From assembly GCF_001194135.2 (NCBI RefSeq), contig NC_068992.1, positions 32,932,107 through 32,995,758 on the forward strand: DNA of 63,652 nt. The letters run 5' to 3'. This DNA is from Octopus bimaculoides (Eukaryota). This document shows, piece by piece, positions 27,242 through 40,459 of the stretch. Numbering within the stretch: position 1 is the stretch's first letter; each line of letters opens with the position of its first letter. The translations under genes and the position numbers were made by a program. The notes beneath the pieces were generated by a model that saw nothing but the letters and a program-made list of their open reading frames with translations, did not search any database and was not told the DNA's origin.

Positions 27242-27321
27242 AATAGGAAAATGAAAAAAAACGCAGAATGCTAAACTATGCTTCCAGTTTAGCATTCTGC
27301 CTTTTTTTTCATTTTCCTATT
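27242..27321. repeat. 80-nt hairpin: 36-bp arms, one mismatch, 8-nt loop
   Basis: AATAGGAAAATGAAAAAAAACGCAGAATGCTAAACT / atgcttcc / near-perfect reverse complement. Confidence 0.9.
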
Positions 27322-28428
27322 TATATATATATATATATAAAAAGAGAAAAACAGACAGACACAGATATAGCACCAAATGTAATGTCATATGTATTGCTGA
27401 GTTGTTTCAATTTGATTCTGTTTTATCAGAGTTAAGGTAGATTTGGATACTTATCATTTTTACTAATGTACCAAAGAAGCCTGTCACATTGTTGTTTAAT
27501 ATACTAGAGACTGGCTAATTTTCTTAAAACTCAATCCCATTAGAAAGAAATGATACAACTAATTCCCTTTCCTGTATATGATAAACCAAGAGCATGGGAA
27601 TCAATAAAGTAGTAAGGGTTCCCTATTCCTTGGGGCAACTGCAGTTATAGTCACCTAACATTAATCAATAGAAATGATTGAACACAAGAAATTTTACGCT
27701 CCTTTCACACTTGTGCAAAGTGTGAGTAACTTTTTGCCCCTTTTGCCATACCTTGAATAGAAATAATGATAAACTGACTTAATCAACATGATTATAATCA
27801 TCAAAATTTTAGTGGTTATATTTCATTAATCTTATTTGTTTTAGAATTGGACTATAGCCATGCTGGGGAACCATCTTCAATGGTTTTAGTCAATCATAAA
27901 ATCCCAGTAATTCTTTCACTGTTTGGTGTTATATATTGGCATAGGTGGGATAGATCTCCTATATCTGTATTTAATATAGCTCATCACACAATCTAGCCAT
28001 GTTACTTAATCATATATTTTACTTCTCTGTCTATTTTCCCCTAAGAACAAAGACCAATTTTTCTACCCAACAATCATCATTCATTTTGCATCATTGCCAC
28101 GCCTGTATGTTACATAGAATCATTCCTTTAATTTCCAACGGTTATTTTAGTCTTCAAAGACTTTCATACAGGCTACTGTTACACTTCTACTATACCATAG
28201 CTATCTCATTTCATAAAAGCTTACAGTATAAATGCTGCATTACGCTTAAATATCCTGTCTTATAAGTGCTTTGTACAGTTTTCCTGTGCACACAAAGATA
28301 AACTTTGTTACCAACTGACGAAACTACTTCCTAAATTTCTATCCTTTCAGCTTGGTAACAGAAATTATTTACCAGATCTATTGAACCATAGGAAATGATT
28401 GGGAACTTCATCTCACTGTATCTCTTAC

Positions 28429-28515
28429 TGTTTAACCTTTTCTGTGAATCTATCGCATCTGATGTCCTTGTACTCTGTATGTTTGTCACAGACACTGCTA
28501 TGTCCATTGCTTTTA
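28429..28515 (-). CDS. Candidate 87-nt exon (KAMDIAVSVTNIQSTRTSDAIDSQKRLN or KSNGHSSVCDKHTEYKDIRCDRFTEKVK)
   Basis: ctctgtgcacttag|...CA|gtaaga. Symmetric, inside a 95-codon ORF, and two frames are open. Confidence 0.3.
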
Positions 28516-28830
28516 CTAAGTGCACAGAGTTATATTTCTGCTTACTTCTTTCTAGCACTTTAATTTTATAAAAACTGTAATTAACTCTTTGGTTTTTGCT
28601 ATGTTGACATTTGGGCATTCTTTTTCAGTTTTTATATAATAACCAAATGCAAAACTTTTCAAAGAAAATCAGATCTGATCTCTGTTGCTAAACAGCTACA
28701 AAATCTAAAATGATTTGAAATGGAAGCCACAGTTCACTGACAGTTAACTTCATTTTATTAAACTCACCCTTGAACCATTTCTAAGTATTCTCTTAAAATG
28801 CCCCTTGACCACATGTGCATGCCTTATATA

Positions 28831-30279
28831 CAAGGGTGGGCTGAAAAGTTCGTAGGTTGACTGTGAAGGAGCGATGTGAAATTTTGCATGCATTAACTTC
28901 ACTTTTTCTTACTGAGAACTGCATTGTTTTTTTTTTTTCAGGTAAACTGACATCTGTTGAAGGGACACCTCAAAAGTAACTATTAGCAACTTCTTTTGAA
29001 AATAGGCAGAATTTGGCACTGTTGTGTTAAGCACCCGCAGAGAAAGAGTTTAATCCCCAGGAACATTCACACTGACATGGTTGCTACTTTAGGGGATGAT
29101 GCTCCAGTTTCATCAACAGTGCAAAAGTGGACAACTGACTTTAAGAGGGCACAGAAGAGTTTTGCAGTTGACCAAATGTCTGGAAGTCCTGCAAATGCCA
29201 CTACCGAGGAAAACATTGATCATTGACCATGTTCATCACATGGTGATGGGCGACAAGTGATAGACCATAAATCAAATAGCCAAAGCTATTAATATATCCC
29301 TTGAGAGAGTTGAGAATATTCTATGCAATGAACTTAGCATGACAAAGGTTTTTGCTCCATGGATGCCACATCTTCTGACATGTCTTCTGATCAAAAGGAC
29401 ACCAGGTGGATCACATCATGAGAAAATCTGACATTGTTTGAGGTAAATGCAGCTGGTTTTCTTGAACATTCCTGAACTCAGCATGAGTGTTTGCTTCATC
29501 GCTTTGAGTCAGACACTAAGAGACAATCCACATAGTGGAGACAGCCCTCTTTGCCTACTCCAAAGAAGGCCAAACTCATTTCATCTGCAGAGAAGTTGAT
29601 GGCTTCAGATATTTTGGGATGCAAAAGGCATTGTGTTTATTGACTATCTTTGAAAGGGACACCATCAATGGAGAGTACTATGCCAACTTGCTGAGGCACT
29701 TACAAAAGGCTATCAAGACAAAATGCCCTGGAAAACTGATGTAAGGCATCTTGTTTCATGAGGACAATGCTACAGCACACAAGTACATGGTTTCAATGGC
29801 TTCTGTGCATGATTGTGGCTCTGAACTGATTGACCACCCTCTGTATTCTCCTGAGTTAGCCCCATCTGTCATCTGTTCTCCAACATGAAAAAACACTTGG
29901 CTGAGAAGCAGTAAATACAGTGATGATGATGTCACATCAGCTGGTGAAATCCTTTTTGCCCAATGGTAGTGATAATAATAGTGGTAGTAATAAATGATGA
30001 TGATGATAGGAATGATTGTGGTGGTTGTACCAACAACAATGATAATGATAACAATTGCAAACTTAACATTGAATGCCATGGGAATAGTAGTAACTATCGT
30101 GTCCTATGCCATTGTAATTGTATTAACTCTGGCAGTCATGATATTGTCTGTCAGCGACTACTTCACCGATGGAAGAAGTGTGTAGACTGTAAGGGTGACT
30201 ATCTTGAAAAATAAACTTCATTTGGTCACATTTCATGGGAGTATCTTGGTCAGCCTATGAACTTTTCAGCTGGCCCTTG
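28831..30279 (+). mobile_element. Near full-length degenerate mariner transposon (D,D34D type)
   Basis: TA duplications and TIRs CAAGGGTGGGCTGAAAAGTTCGTAGG / rc CAAGGGCCAGCTGAAAAGTTCATAGG. Motifs WMPHLLT, LFHEDNA, HPLYSPELAPS, HRWKKCVD.KGDYLEK. Confidence 0.95.
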
Positions 30280-31849
30280 TAGTTCTTTAATATGTATATT
30301 TAATTTTAACTAGGCATATGCAAATATCAGATTATCAGAACATTATAAACTTATAACATCAGCTAAGCTACAGAAATTTATTTATCCATAGATTATGGGT
30401 TTTATTTATCTACATCAGCATGGTAGTCTAGAGAGCAATTTTTGAATAAAAACATACAAAATTAAAACATAACATTTCAAAGCCCCCATAGTGAAGAATA
30501 TAAAGTGTCATCAATCTTTCAGACAATTTGTTCTTTGCCAAGATGGATAGGTAAAAAAGGAAGAAAAACAAATTTGTTAGGAAAAAAAATGTGTACTATT
30601 AAACTTGCATAGTAAATAATGGTAGAATAGAAGAGGGCAAATGTATGTGGTTTCTAGCAAATGATAGTGTGTTGAACAGTAAGTTAATATCAGTCAAATA
30701 CTAAAAGACTTAGATGAATGATTTGGTTCGTATATAATAGTGGAGAAAGTAGTAAATAGTAGTGATTCATGCAATATTGATGGAATAGCGTTTATGTGTG
30801 AGTTGTTTGATAATGACATAAAAGCATGCATGTATGAGTTGGTGTGTGTGTGTGTGTGTGACAGAGAGAAGTGTCGGGAGAGACAAATTGCTTTCATGTA
30901 ACAAGGCATCGTATGTGTATGGGATGTAAGAGAGATATGTGAATGTGCAAGCATGGAGGTTTATCAGTGCTTATAGGAGTGGGATGCATGCGGTAGTAGA
31001 AAGCTAATCAGTAATTTACACCTTCAGGATCAGCTGTCCCGAAGCAAAATGTTTAATCAAAAGCCTTTGTGGATCCATATTCTAACTCAAACAAATTTTA
31101 TCTCAGTTTCTTTCTTTTCAAAATAGATTGTTCATTGTTTAAGAAATAAACTAAAAAATATTTCATGTGTCAAAATATTACATTCCTAAATATCATCTCA
31201 TAATAATAAGTTCATGGTGCAGATAGTTGATTACTAAAGAGGAAGAAATATATTTTTAGGGAAAACTGGAACCTAAAAATAAATTATGGCTATGCTTGAC
31301 ATTAAACAATAAAATTTAGTCTTCTCAGTTTCACTTATTTCCCTAACATCCCTGTGAAAACATATGAATGAAAGCATGATAAGCTATTGTTCATGCTGAA
31401 ATGGCTACTTACCTGACGAAGAGTGGATAAAATGCCTATCAAAATGCTTAGTAGTATTTCACCCATTTTTATGTCCTGAGTTTAAATTCCACTGAGATTG
31501 ACTTTGCTTTCATGCTCTTGGGATCGATAAAATAAGTACCAGTTGAGTACTAGCTGTGTAACAGATTTAGCCATCTCCCAAACTTACTGGACTTGTACCA
31601 AAATTTGAAACCAATATTTAATGATATCATAAAAATGTTTTTGTAATGAAAAATTCATTCTAAAGAATTAAGTGCACATATAATTCTATAGAGGGTAGTG
31701 ATAGAATCTGAGGCAACTAGTGATGATTGATCTACAGAATGAAAATATAAGTATATTAATGTTGCAGATTGGAATAAATTATTGTCCTAAGAGAACACAT
31801 GCCATACTATTTCATTTGCTAACTAAACACCATACCACATAATACAAGA

Positions 31850-32420
31850 AATGTCATTCCAAGGAAACATAGGGCAGAAATTACAGGTGTTTAATTAACT
31901 CTCATTATAGTGATGCCTTTGAAAGGCTCAAAATTCATGAGTCAGCTGACAAGAAACATTGCCACTAAAATCAAGCTAAGCTTTTATAAATGTGCAACTT
32001 AACAGCACTTTTAAACTATTTTGAGACGTAAATTACATATCATTACATCAAAGACTTGGAAAGATTCCATTAAACTTGCCATAGGAGGATCATAACTATC
32101 AAATGTTACCCTCTAGCAAAAGTCACAACAGTTCTTCAGCAAGCCAATATATCCTGTATTGAGATGCTCCTTATATACAATCGGATATGTTGGGATGGGC
32201 ATCTTACTAGAGTGAAGAATGACTGGTTATCTAAATTGTTGTTTTATAAGGAGTTGCAATGTGGTAAAAGTCTAAGGCATAAACCTAACAAACATTTTTA
32301 GGGTATCATCAAAAACAACCTTAATGTTCTTAGAGTGGGTGTAGAAGACTGAGAACTGATGACAGAAAGCTGATTTACAATGATTGCAAAAGCATTTGAA
32401 ACACAGAGAACTCATCATGA
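31850..32420 (+). mobile_element. RTE-clade LINE, post-RT region
   Basis: TKIKL...DLERFH...VLQQANISCIEMLL...WDGHLTRV...SKLLFYKELQCGK. Confidence 0.7.
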
Positions 32421-34401
32421 AATGAGTACTTCACTTGACATTAATTCCATATGTATATTTCAAGTTGAATGTTTGCAACAATTACAGTAGAGTCTGTCTA
32501 AAGACAGACTTGCAAGATCTCATGAAAGATCTCATGAAAGCATTTACTAATTGAAGAGATGGTCTTCTGTAAAGAAGTAGCAGACAACATATATAAATTT
32601 ATGTGAGTGTGTGTATGTATGCATGTGTGTGTGTGCATATGTGTGTGTGTGTGTGTGTGTGATTATATCTCCCAAGTGTATCTAAGATACAATATTATTA
32701 TGGGATCAAACTCAAGAATTCATCATTGCAAAGCAATCTTGACCATGCCTTCGTCCATCCATGCATAAATGCATATATGCAGGGGAGAGAGTTACAATGT
32801 ATGTTGTGTTGTGTGTATATATGTATATATATATAAGTATGTGTGTGTGCACATACTTATACACTCACGGACACATACACACCTCTAGATATAATTATAT
32901 GCATGTAATACATACATGTGTGTAGTGTGTATGTGTGTGTGTTGTGTGTGTGCATTTGTGTAGGTGTGTGTATATCCTCAACATCATCTTTATTCGACAC
33001 GCATGTTCCATGCTAGCATGGGTTGAATGATTTGACATGAATTAGAATAGTCAAGGGACTGCATCTGCTTTGGCATCATTCCTATTGCTGATTAGATCTC
33101 CAAACCATTTTATGGTGTGAAGTAGGTTCTTTTTTCATGCTACCTGCACTATCGAGGTCACTATGTAGCTTGCAAGTCAACAAAGACAGAGAAGGAGGAC
33201 ACTGCATCCATGTGTTAAATGTGGGTTAAGGTGTGAGGGAAAAGGCTGGGATAGAGGTTGGTTACTCACATTTAGGAGGGAGTGTGAGAATGAATTAAAG
33301 TTGTCTCCAAGTGATAGATGATTGTCATAAGGTGTCCAGGGAGCACCTCACATAGCAGCATCAGTAGTGGGAGAGTGAAGTGGGAGGGGATTGCAAGAGT
33401 GGAATAGGGAGATTAAACAGGTGTAATGCATGAAGAGAGATGATTTGTGGTCTGGAGAGTGAGGGATAAGATCTATAACATGTGGGTGTGTATCACAATA
33501 TTGATGAATAAAGAATATATGTATGTATGTATACACACACACTAATGATCTGCAACTGTAATTAAAAAAACCAGCCTTGTCATACATTAATTCTATGTTG
33601 AAAACAAGTGTCCATGGTATACCTATAATCAAAGCCAACAAATTCATTTACTTGTGTGTGTGTGTCTCAAGATATACATATATATTTATGTTATGTGTGT
33701 ATGCATGTATACATACATACGCATATACACCTACATGCTCTTTCTTTTTCTCACACACATGAGGTGGGGGAGCAAAATGTTTGTATCTTTGCTTATGTAC
33801 AAACGTATATTTGCTTATCTACAAACATATGCAAAGTGATGGAGTATAATTGTATGAAATATATTAGAGAAACCAAGCCTATATGTAACATCACAATCTC
33901 CGATAAACAGCGGAAAACAAAAGCAAAAGGAAATCTAACAAAAACTTTCAAAAAACTTTAAAATATAATTTTATGACCCTCTTATTTTTGTTTTGTTTTT
34001 CTTTCTTTATTTTGTAGCTAGCAATTAACTAAGAATTACATCAGAAATAATCCACATCTATATTTGCATGAGATTGTAAATCAAAACAAATTTTGATTCA
34101 ACAATAGATTCTAGAAATTTAATTTTATTGGAAATATTACAAACAATTCTTTAATATTCAGAAAAAAATGGAATTTCGATAGGAATCTTTAAGAGATATC
34201 AGGTGAGAATGAATAGCTTGTATTAATTATACAGAGCAATAAAAACTGGTTTATACTAGAACATTTATTTTTATCTAATAATATTTAAATTTATTTGAAG
34301 AAAAATATTAACATGAAATATTAAAATAAATTTTAGTTCTGTTATTTACACAGCATAGTGGTGTTTGACATCATGTCTACTTCTATTAAAATGGTTAATA
34401 C

Positions 34402-34542
34402 CTAGAAATAGTTTATATCTTTTCGTCTTAATTTATATTTCCTATCAAATTTTTGAGGTGACTCTTCATCATGTAAAGATAATTTATATTTTCTTATTAC
34501 ATTCATATCTAATCTACAGAAGTAGGAACAGGTGTTGTTCTC
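34402..34542 (-). CDS. Candidate (terminal?) exon ENNTCSYFCRLDMNVIRKYKLSLHDEESPQKFDRKYKLRRKDINYF*
   Basis: Acceptor ttttatttcttgattaacccag, 46 open codons, then TAG. AATAAA lies about 110 nt further on. Confidence 0.3.
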   Translation of the reverse strand, partial: ENNTCSYFCRLDMNVIRKYKLSLHDEESPQKFDRKYKLRRKDINYF

Positions 34543-36049
34543 CTGGGTTAATCAAGAAATAAAAGCATATTAATGACTTGCTACTGTTTTCCAAGGGTCT
34601 TTCATGATCACAACTTGGTTTCCACTACTACCATTATCTCTACTACAATCACCACTCCTGCTACAAGTTCTACCCACTAGAGCTGCTATTTCTATCTTTA
34701 CAAGTCCTAACCACCATTGTATCCACAGCCTCAACACCATCTTCACAAAATTCATTTCATCCACCACCATAATCACCACAATTATTGTGTTTCAAGAACA
34801 ACCATACCATCATCATAATCACCACCACAACTATTTTCACAACCAGCATCATCATCATGACCATTATTATTATTAATTGTTTACAATGAAGACTTCTGCT
34901 AACACATTCCAGTGACTTGTCTACAGACAGGCTATCTCTTCATACTACTGTTTCTACTATAGCTCAATAGCTTTTACTGATCAGCACTCACTAGTCTCAA
35001 TCATCTCTATATTCCACATTACCCACAACAGATAGTCCGCTTTTCCTATAATGTTGGGGTTTTTTTAATCCTTGCCCATGTATTTTTATTAGTAGCTGTT
35101 AGTAATTCTATTAGTAACCATGTCAAACTCATTGGTGAAGGAGAGCTCTCAGGGGCCATAGTCATAACATCTTTTTAAAAACTACAAATGCATCACTTAT
35201 TTCCTGACCCAAATTACTAGAGCTACATTATCACTTGTACTCTTCTTATAATGATGGAGAGTTGGCAGCTATTTCTACCAAGTTGACTGAACACATAATG
35301 ACATCCATTTTCCTCTTTCAAGTGAAAGCTAATGCCTGTTGAATGAAGAATGGAGGTATGGCTTATTTTTATGAAGTTCACTTTGCAGTTCCATGGTCTC
35401 AGATTTGATACCGTGGTTTGATTTAAGGTATTTTCTTCATATACTGGGTTCACTAAAGATTTGCATTTTGTGAAACAGAAACTGTGTGGAAGACTATTGA
35501 AGAGTCTGCTCCAGTTCTTGGTTAGTAGGCTTAATACATTGCCCTTTTTAACATCCTGACCACTGGCTCTTTGGTGGCTTCTGCAGAGTACAAGTTGTTA
35601 CAAGCATTTGTGGCTTATAGCATTTTGAAGGTAATTTCTTCACTTCATCCCACCAGTCATGAAGACTCTGACAACAGTCATGGTTGTTGGTCTTTGTGTA
35701 AGCCATTAAAAACACAAGTAAAACCTGAACCTAAAAGTAGAGAAGTATAAATGTCATGTCACACTGCAATAAATTATAAGCTAAGCAAGTAAGAATCTCC
35801 TACGGATTTTCTTTCTTCATATCCTTCAAAATTCTTCTTATTTTAGTAGGTTAGTTAGAGCATGTAGCACCCATAAAATTTTCTGTCCTACTGAAACTGG
35901 TAAATGGAAGTGATCTAGCCTAAATGCCAGTAACAAGTAAGGAGACCTTAAACCTAAGTTTTTCTATTAAAACAAGTGAGAAATTAAACCAGAGACAAGG
36001 CTATTGCTGCATTATTAATTGATGTGAAAATGTTAGGAATCTATTATAT

Positions 36050-36640
36050 CACCCTCATCACCATTTAACGTCCATTTTCCATGCTCGCATGGATTGAATG
36101 GTTTGACAGGAGCTGCAAGCTAGAGGACTGCTCCAAGCTCCACTGTCTATTTGGCATGGTTTTTACACCTGGATCATCATTATCATCATCATCGTTTAAC
36201 GTCCGCTTTCCATGCTAGCATGGGTTGGACGATTTGACTGAGGACTGGTGAAACCGGATGGCAACACCAGGCTCCAATCTAAATTTGGCAGAGTTTCTAC
36301 AGCTGGATGTCCTTCCTAACGCCAACCACTCAGAGAGTGTAGTAGGTGCTTTTACGTGTCACCTGCACGAAGGCCAGTCAGGTGATACTGGCAACGATCT
36401 CGCTCGAAAATCCTAGGAAAGCCAGTCAGGCGGTACTGGCAACGGCCACGCTCAAAATGGTGCATCTTATGTGCCACGCGCACCCTTCCTAATGCTAACC
36501 AATTTACAGAGTGGACCAAGTACTTTTTACATGGCACCAGCACTTATGAGGTCTGCTTTGGCATGGTTTTTACAGTCAAATGCCCTTCCAAGTGCCAACC
36601 AATTTACAGTGTGGACTGAATGCTCTTTGCAAGGCACCAA
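36050..36640 (-). mobile_element. Cluster of RTE-type 3'-tail repeats (young copy nested in an older one)
   Basis: catcatcgtttaacgtccgctttccatgctagcatgg at 36185 is identical to the sequence at 63616-63652. Older diverged copies flank it. Confidence 0.8.
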
Positions 36641-38099
36641 CACCAGCAAGGTCTCTTGGAAGACAAAGATCTTTTGAGAAGCAGGTAGTTTTGGAGAAGG
36701 TGGCTTTGTGCCAATTGATGAGAGACTAGAGTATGACAGAGGGACAGAAACATGTGTCTTGCTGTTGAGAAGATGAATGGTTACCTCAGTTACAGAGAGT
36801 GAGCAAGAATGAAAGAGAGCAAGAATGGAAGAGAGTGAGAGTGAAAGAAATGGTGGTGATGGGCATACTCTCAAGCTACAAGAATAAGAATATAAATTGG
36901 TTGCTAAGGGTGCATGAATAGGGAGATCAAGGGAATGAAGAGAGTATGGAAGGAAGTGAAAGCAGTGACTTGTGAAACCTGGATATATAGAGGTGGGGAC
37001 AATAGAATGGCAATGATACAGTGGTGAGGGCAGTGAGAACAGGATTGGGCTGCAGGAATCGGGAAGGAGAGATAAGCATAGTGTATGATAAAAAGGAAAT
37101 GTGAGAGAGGAGAAGAGCAAATGTAGTTTAGTTTATTGAGGTAGGGTGAAAAATTTAATGAGACATATGGATGGAACATAGGACTTGCAGGACTTCTCAA
37201 GGACCTCATTTCACCTGACATCTTGGTCCATTGTTATCTCCTCCGTTAGGCCCAATATCCTAAGATTGGTCCTCACTACTTCATCCCGTTTCTTCTTGGA
37301 CCTCCCTCTTCTACAGATGTCATCTACTTTAAGCAATCAGCACTTCTTTATATAGCCATCTCCATTCATGTGCATCACATGTCCAAACTAACATAGTTTT
37401 CTCTCTTGCATCAGATTCTTCTTATATCCAACTTTTTTCTCAGCATCTTTGCACATTTTCATACTTGCACATTGATGTTGCCTATCAATCGGAGCATGAT
37501 AACTTCATTCCTCTCCAGTCTATGCATGTCCTCTGCATTCAGAGCCCACGTCTCACTACCATGAAGTATAACCATTCATACACAAGCATCATACAATCTG
37601 TCTTTCACTCTGAGAGGTAATAACTCTCTGAACTTCCTCCATCCTATTCTTATTCTAGCAACAGTACTTTCACAACATCACCAACTACTGCTAATTTGGA
37701 TACCAAGGTAACAGAAACTATCTACAACCTCAAAAGAGTTTCCTGGACATTTGAGAGAGTCAAGTTCCCAAGTGTCCTAAATGCTTATTGTTCCTGAGTG
37801 GAACAGTTCAATACTTATGACAAAAAGTCAATAAATGGCTGTATTAGCAGACAGCTTTTAAAATGCAAAATAAGTCTACATTCGGATATTGAACCCTTGA
37901 AATTACTGATTACAGCAACCAGATTATCTGAAATTTAATGAAATATATCTGGAATATGAAGATAACTTTCTACATCAAACTATCTGTGATTCCACTGCAC
38001 CTCTTATGTGTCCATAGCATGCAGTAATAGAGTGAAGGGCCTGAAATTCCCAGTAGAATTCTTATTTATCTTCTCATTGTTATCATATTTCTGATAATA

Positions 38100-38300
38100 G
38101 GTGTTGAGCTGGCAGAATTGTTAGTACACTTAGCATTACTTCATCCGTCTTTATGTTCTGAGTTCAAATTCTGCCAAGGTCAACTTTACCTTACATTCTT
38201 TTGAGGTGGAGAAAATAATTATCTGAGTACTGAGGTTGACATGATTGATTCAGTCCCTTTCCCAAAGTTGCTGCCTTGTGCCAAAATTTGAAACCATTAT
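38100..38300 (+). mobile_element. Second tRNA-derived SINE family (degenerate)
   Basis: gagctggcagaattgttag...ttctgagttcaaattctgccaaggtcaacttt. Related pieces occur near 2810, 16400 and 31470 (+) and near 1750-1900 and 26850 (-). Confidence 0.65.
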
Positions 38301-40459
38301 ATTTCAGTGATGGTGGGGAGGATGAAGGTGAGGAAGAGGTAGATGAAGAGGAGAAGGAAGAAGGGGAAGGACACATGGCTTCTGATCTTTAAAAATAAAA
38401 CTGACCACAATAGCACAGTATTGACAAGCGAATAGGCAAGTGAGGATTATGCCATATTAACATTAAAAAAAATTGAATAATTTTAAATTCAAGAGGTAAA
38501 AAATGATATATTACTAAAAACCAGCTGATGATAATGATGATATATTTTCCGGATGCGTTGAAATATCCTGATTTTTAAATATTTCCTGATTCCTCACATA
38601 CATACACATACTAATTACAGTCATGCACCATACACAGGCTCCAGCATTTACATACATATGTATATAAACATACACATATGTATTTATTTTCTATTTGCTT
38701 TCTTTTGGTTGTCTCTTCATTATCACACTTCTGATAAGTTATCCCTCATTACCATATTCCATTATGCCCACCACCACATTTTTAAACCTCTTTTGCACTA
38801 TTTCTCCTATAGTTCTATTCCACATGTCCCTTCTATCACACATTCACTTTCAGCTTTAGCTTAATTCTTCACTCTATTTTTCTTGCTTTATATTTATTAT
38901 CTTCTTTTTGATATTCTTTGAGAAATCCTTCACTTTCTCATTACCATTTCTTAGCCAACTCCATTTTTACCATTCCTTCACTTATGTTCCTGATTTTATC
39001 TCCAAGTTATTCTTCCCTCTTAAAAATAGGAAATGGGCAGTAGAAAGGAAATGAAATATTAAGGCAAACAATGTCCCTTATCTCTTCATGAAACAACTTT
39101 TTTTTTTCATATTGTTTTAGTTTCTTCTTTTATTTATATTGGCATCCAATATATTGATATACGTTTCATTGCTAATGCATTTTCTTTTACTTTCCCTTCC
39201 TTTAATCTGCTAGTCATATTACTATTGCTTAAATCCCCCAGCATTGACAAATGAATGGAATGCAGATATGAGATTAGAAAAATACATGTATAGAGACAAA
39301 GTTTAAAAAACGGTTTCAAAAAAAAAAAATATATGAAAGGAAATAAAAATATACAACAATGCAAAATGTGTCTTAAAACCTTTTTCCTGACTTGAAAATT
39401 CTATCTAACTGAACAGAAAGAAAAATATTAAGATGCTTCACAAAACATTTTCCACTTGCTGTATTGTTATATTTTCTCAGAGATGGCTTAGTATGTTGCC
39501 TGAAATGGACTTTAGTCAGGCTATGGGAATTCAATTCTCTGCTTAAAAATCTATGAAGCCATTCTTTGCATCTGCAGAAATATACCATAAGATAGCAATA
39601 ACTTAATGTAAACACTGCAAATACTTTCATTTCTGTGCATGTTGGATGCCTGTGAAGAAAAAATGTTCTACATAATTGGAACATAGAGAGATATCAGTTT
39701 TGAATACTGAATGCAAAGAGATTTTCAGGGAATATATCGAACGGAGGCTTGGAAAGAAATTACAGAACAGAGTTCATTATGTATGTATGAATGTGTGCAT
39801 GTTGGAGGGATGCATGTGTGTGTGGGTGATGTGTATGTGTGTGTGTATGAATGCTTTAGAATAATTATTGACTCTTACTTCAAGCAAGTTATGATTGCTA
39901 CCAGCTTTCCCACTTCAACATTAGTACAATTGCTGTTGAAAGCAAACATCCTTTAAAAGGATTTGGCCAATTCAAATTCTGCAGAACAATAGATTTCTTA
40001 ATAATGGTATTGAACTCTGTGGCTTCAATCAATAATGTATGAGTTCAAACCAACATAAAGAATTGAAAAATATTCTAACAGAGGTGAGAATCATTGAACG
40101 AAAGTAAACTCCATTTGAGCCAAACCTACAATGCAACTTTCATTCCTGCTAAGTCAAATTTACTTCATTTAGATTGCTAGTGCTATTTGGAATGGCATGG
40201 TTATCCAAAGCTCATCTTTCTCTCAGTTTATATAAGACCTTTGTGTTCAGTGCAAAGAAACTAATAATTTAGATATAACCTCATGGAAAACTGCACAAAT
40301 ATGTAAATACTTTTACCAATGCAGTTTGAAGTCATACTCTCATAACATGAGCACTCAGAACTGTATCATAATTCTAACATAAATCGCTATTGACTTAGTT
40401 TCAATGAGTGTAGCTACTGTTGGCTTTAAGAACCTCAGATAAATGAATAATTATAATGT

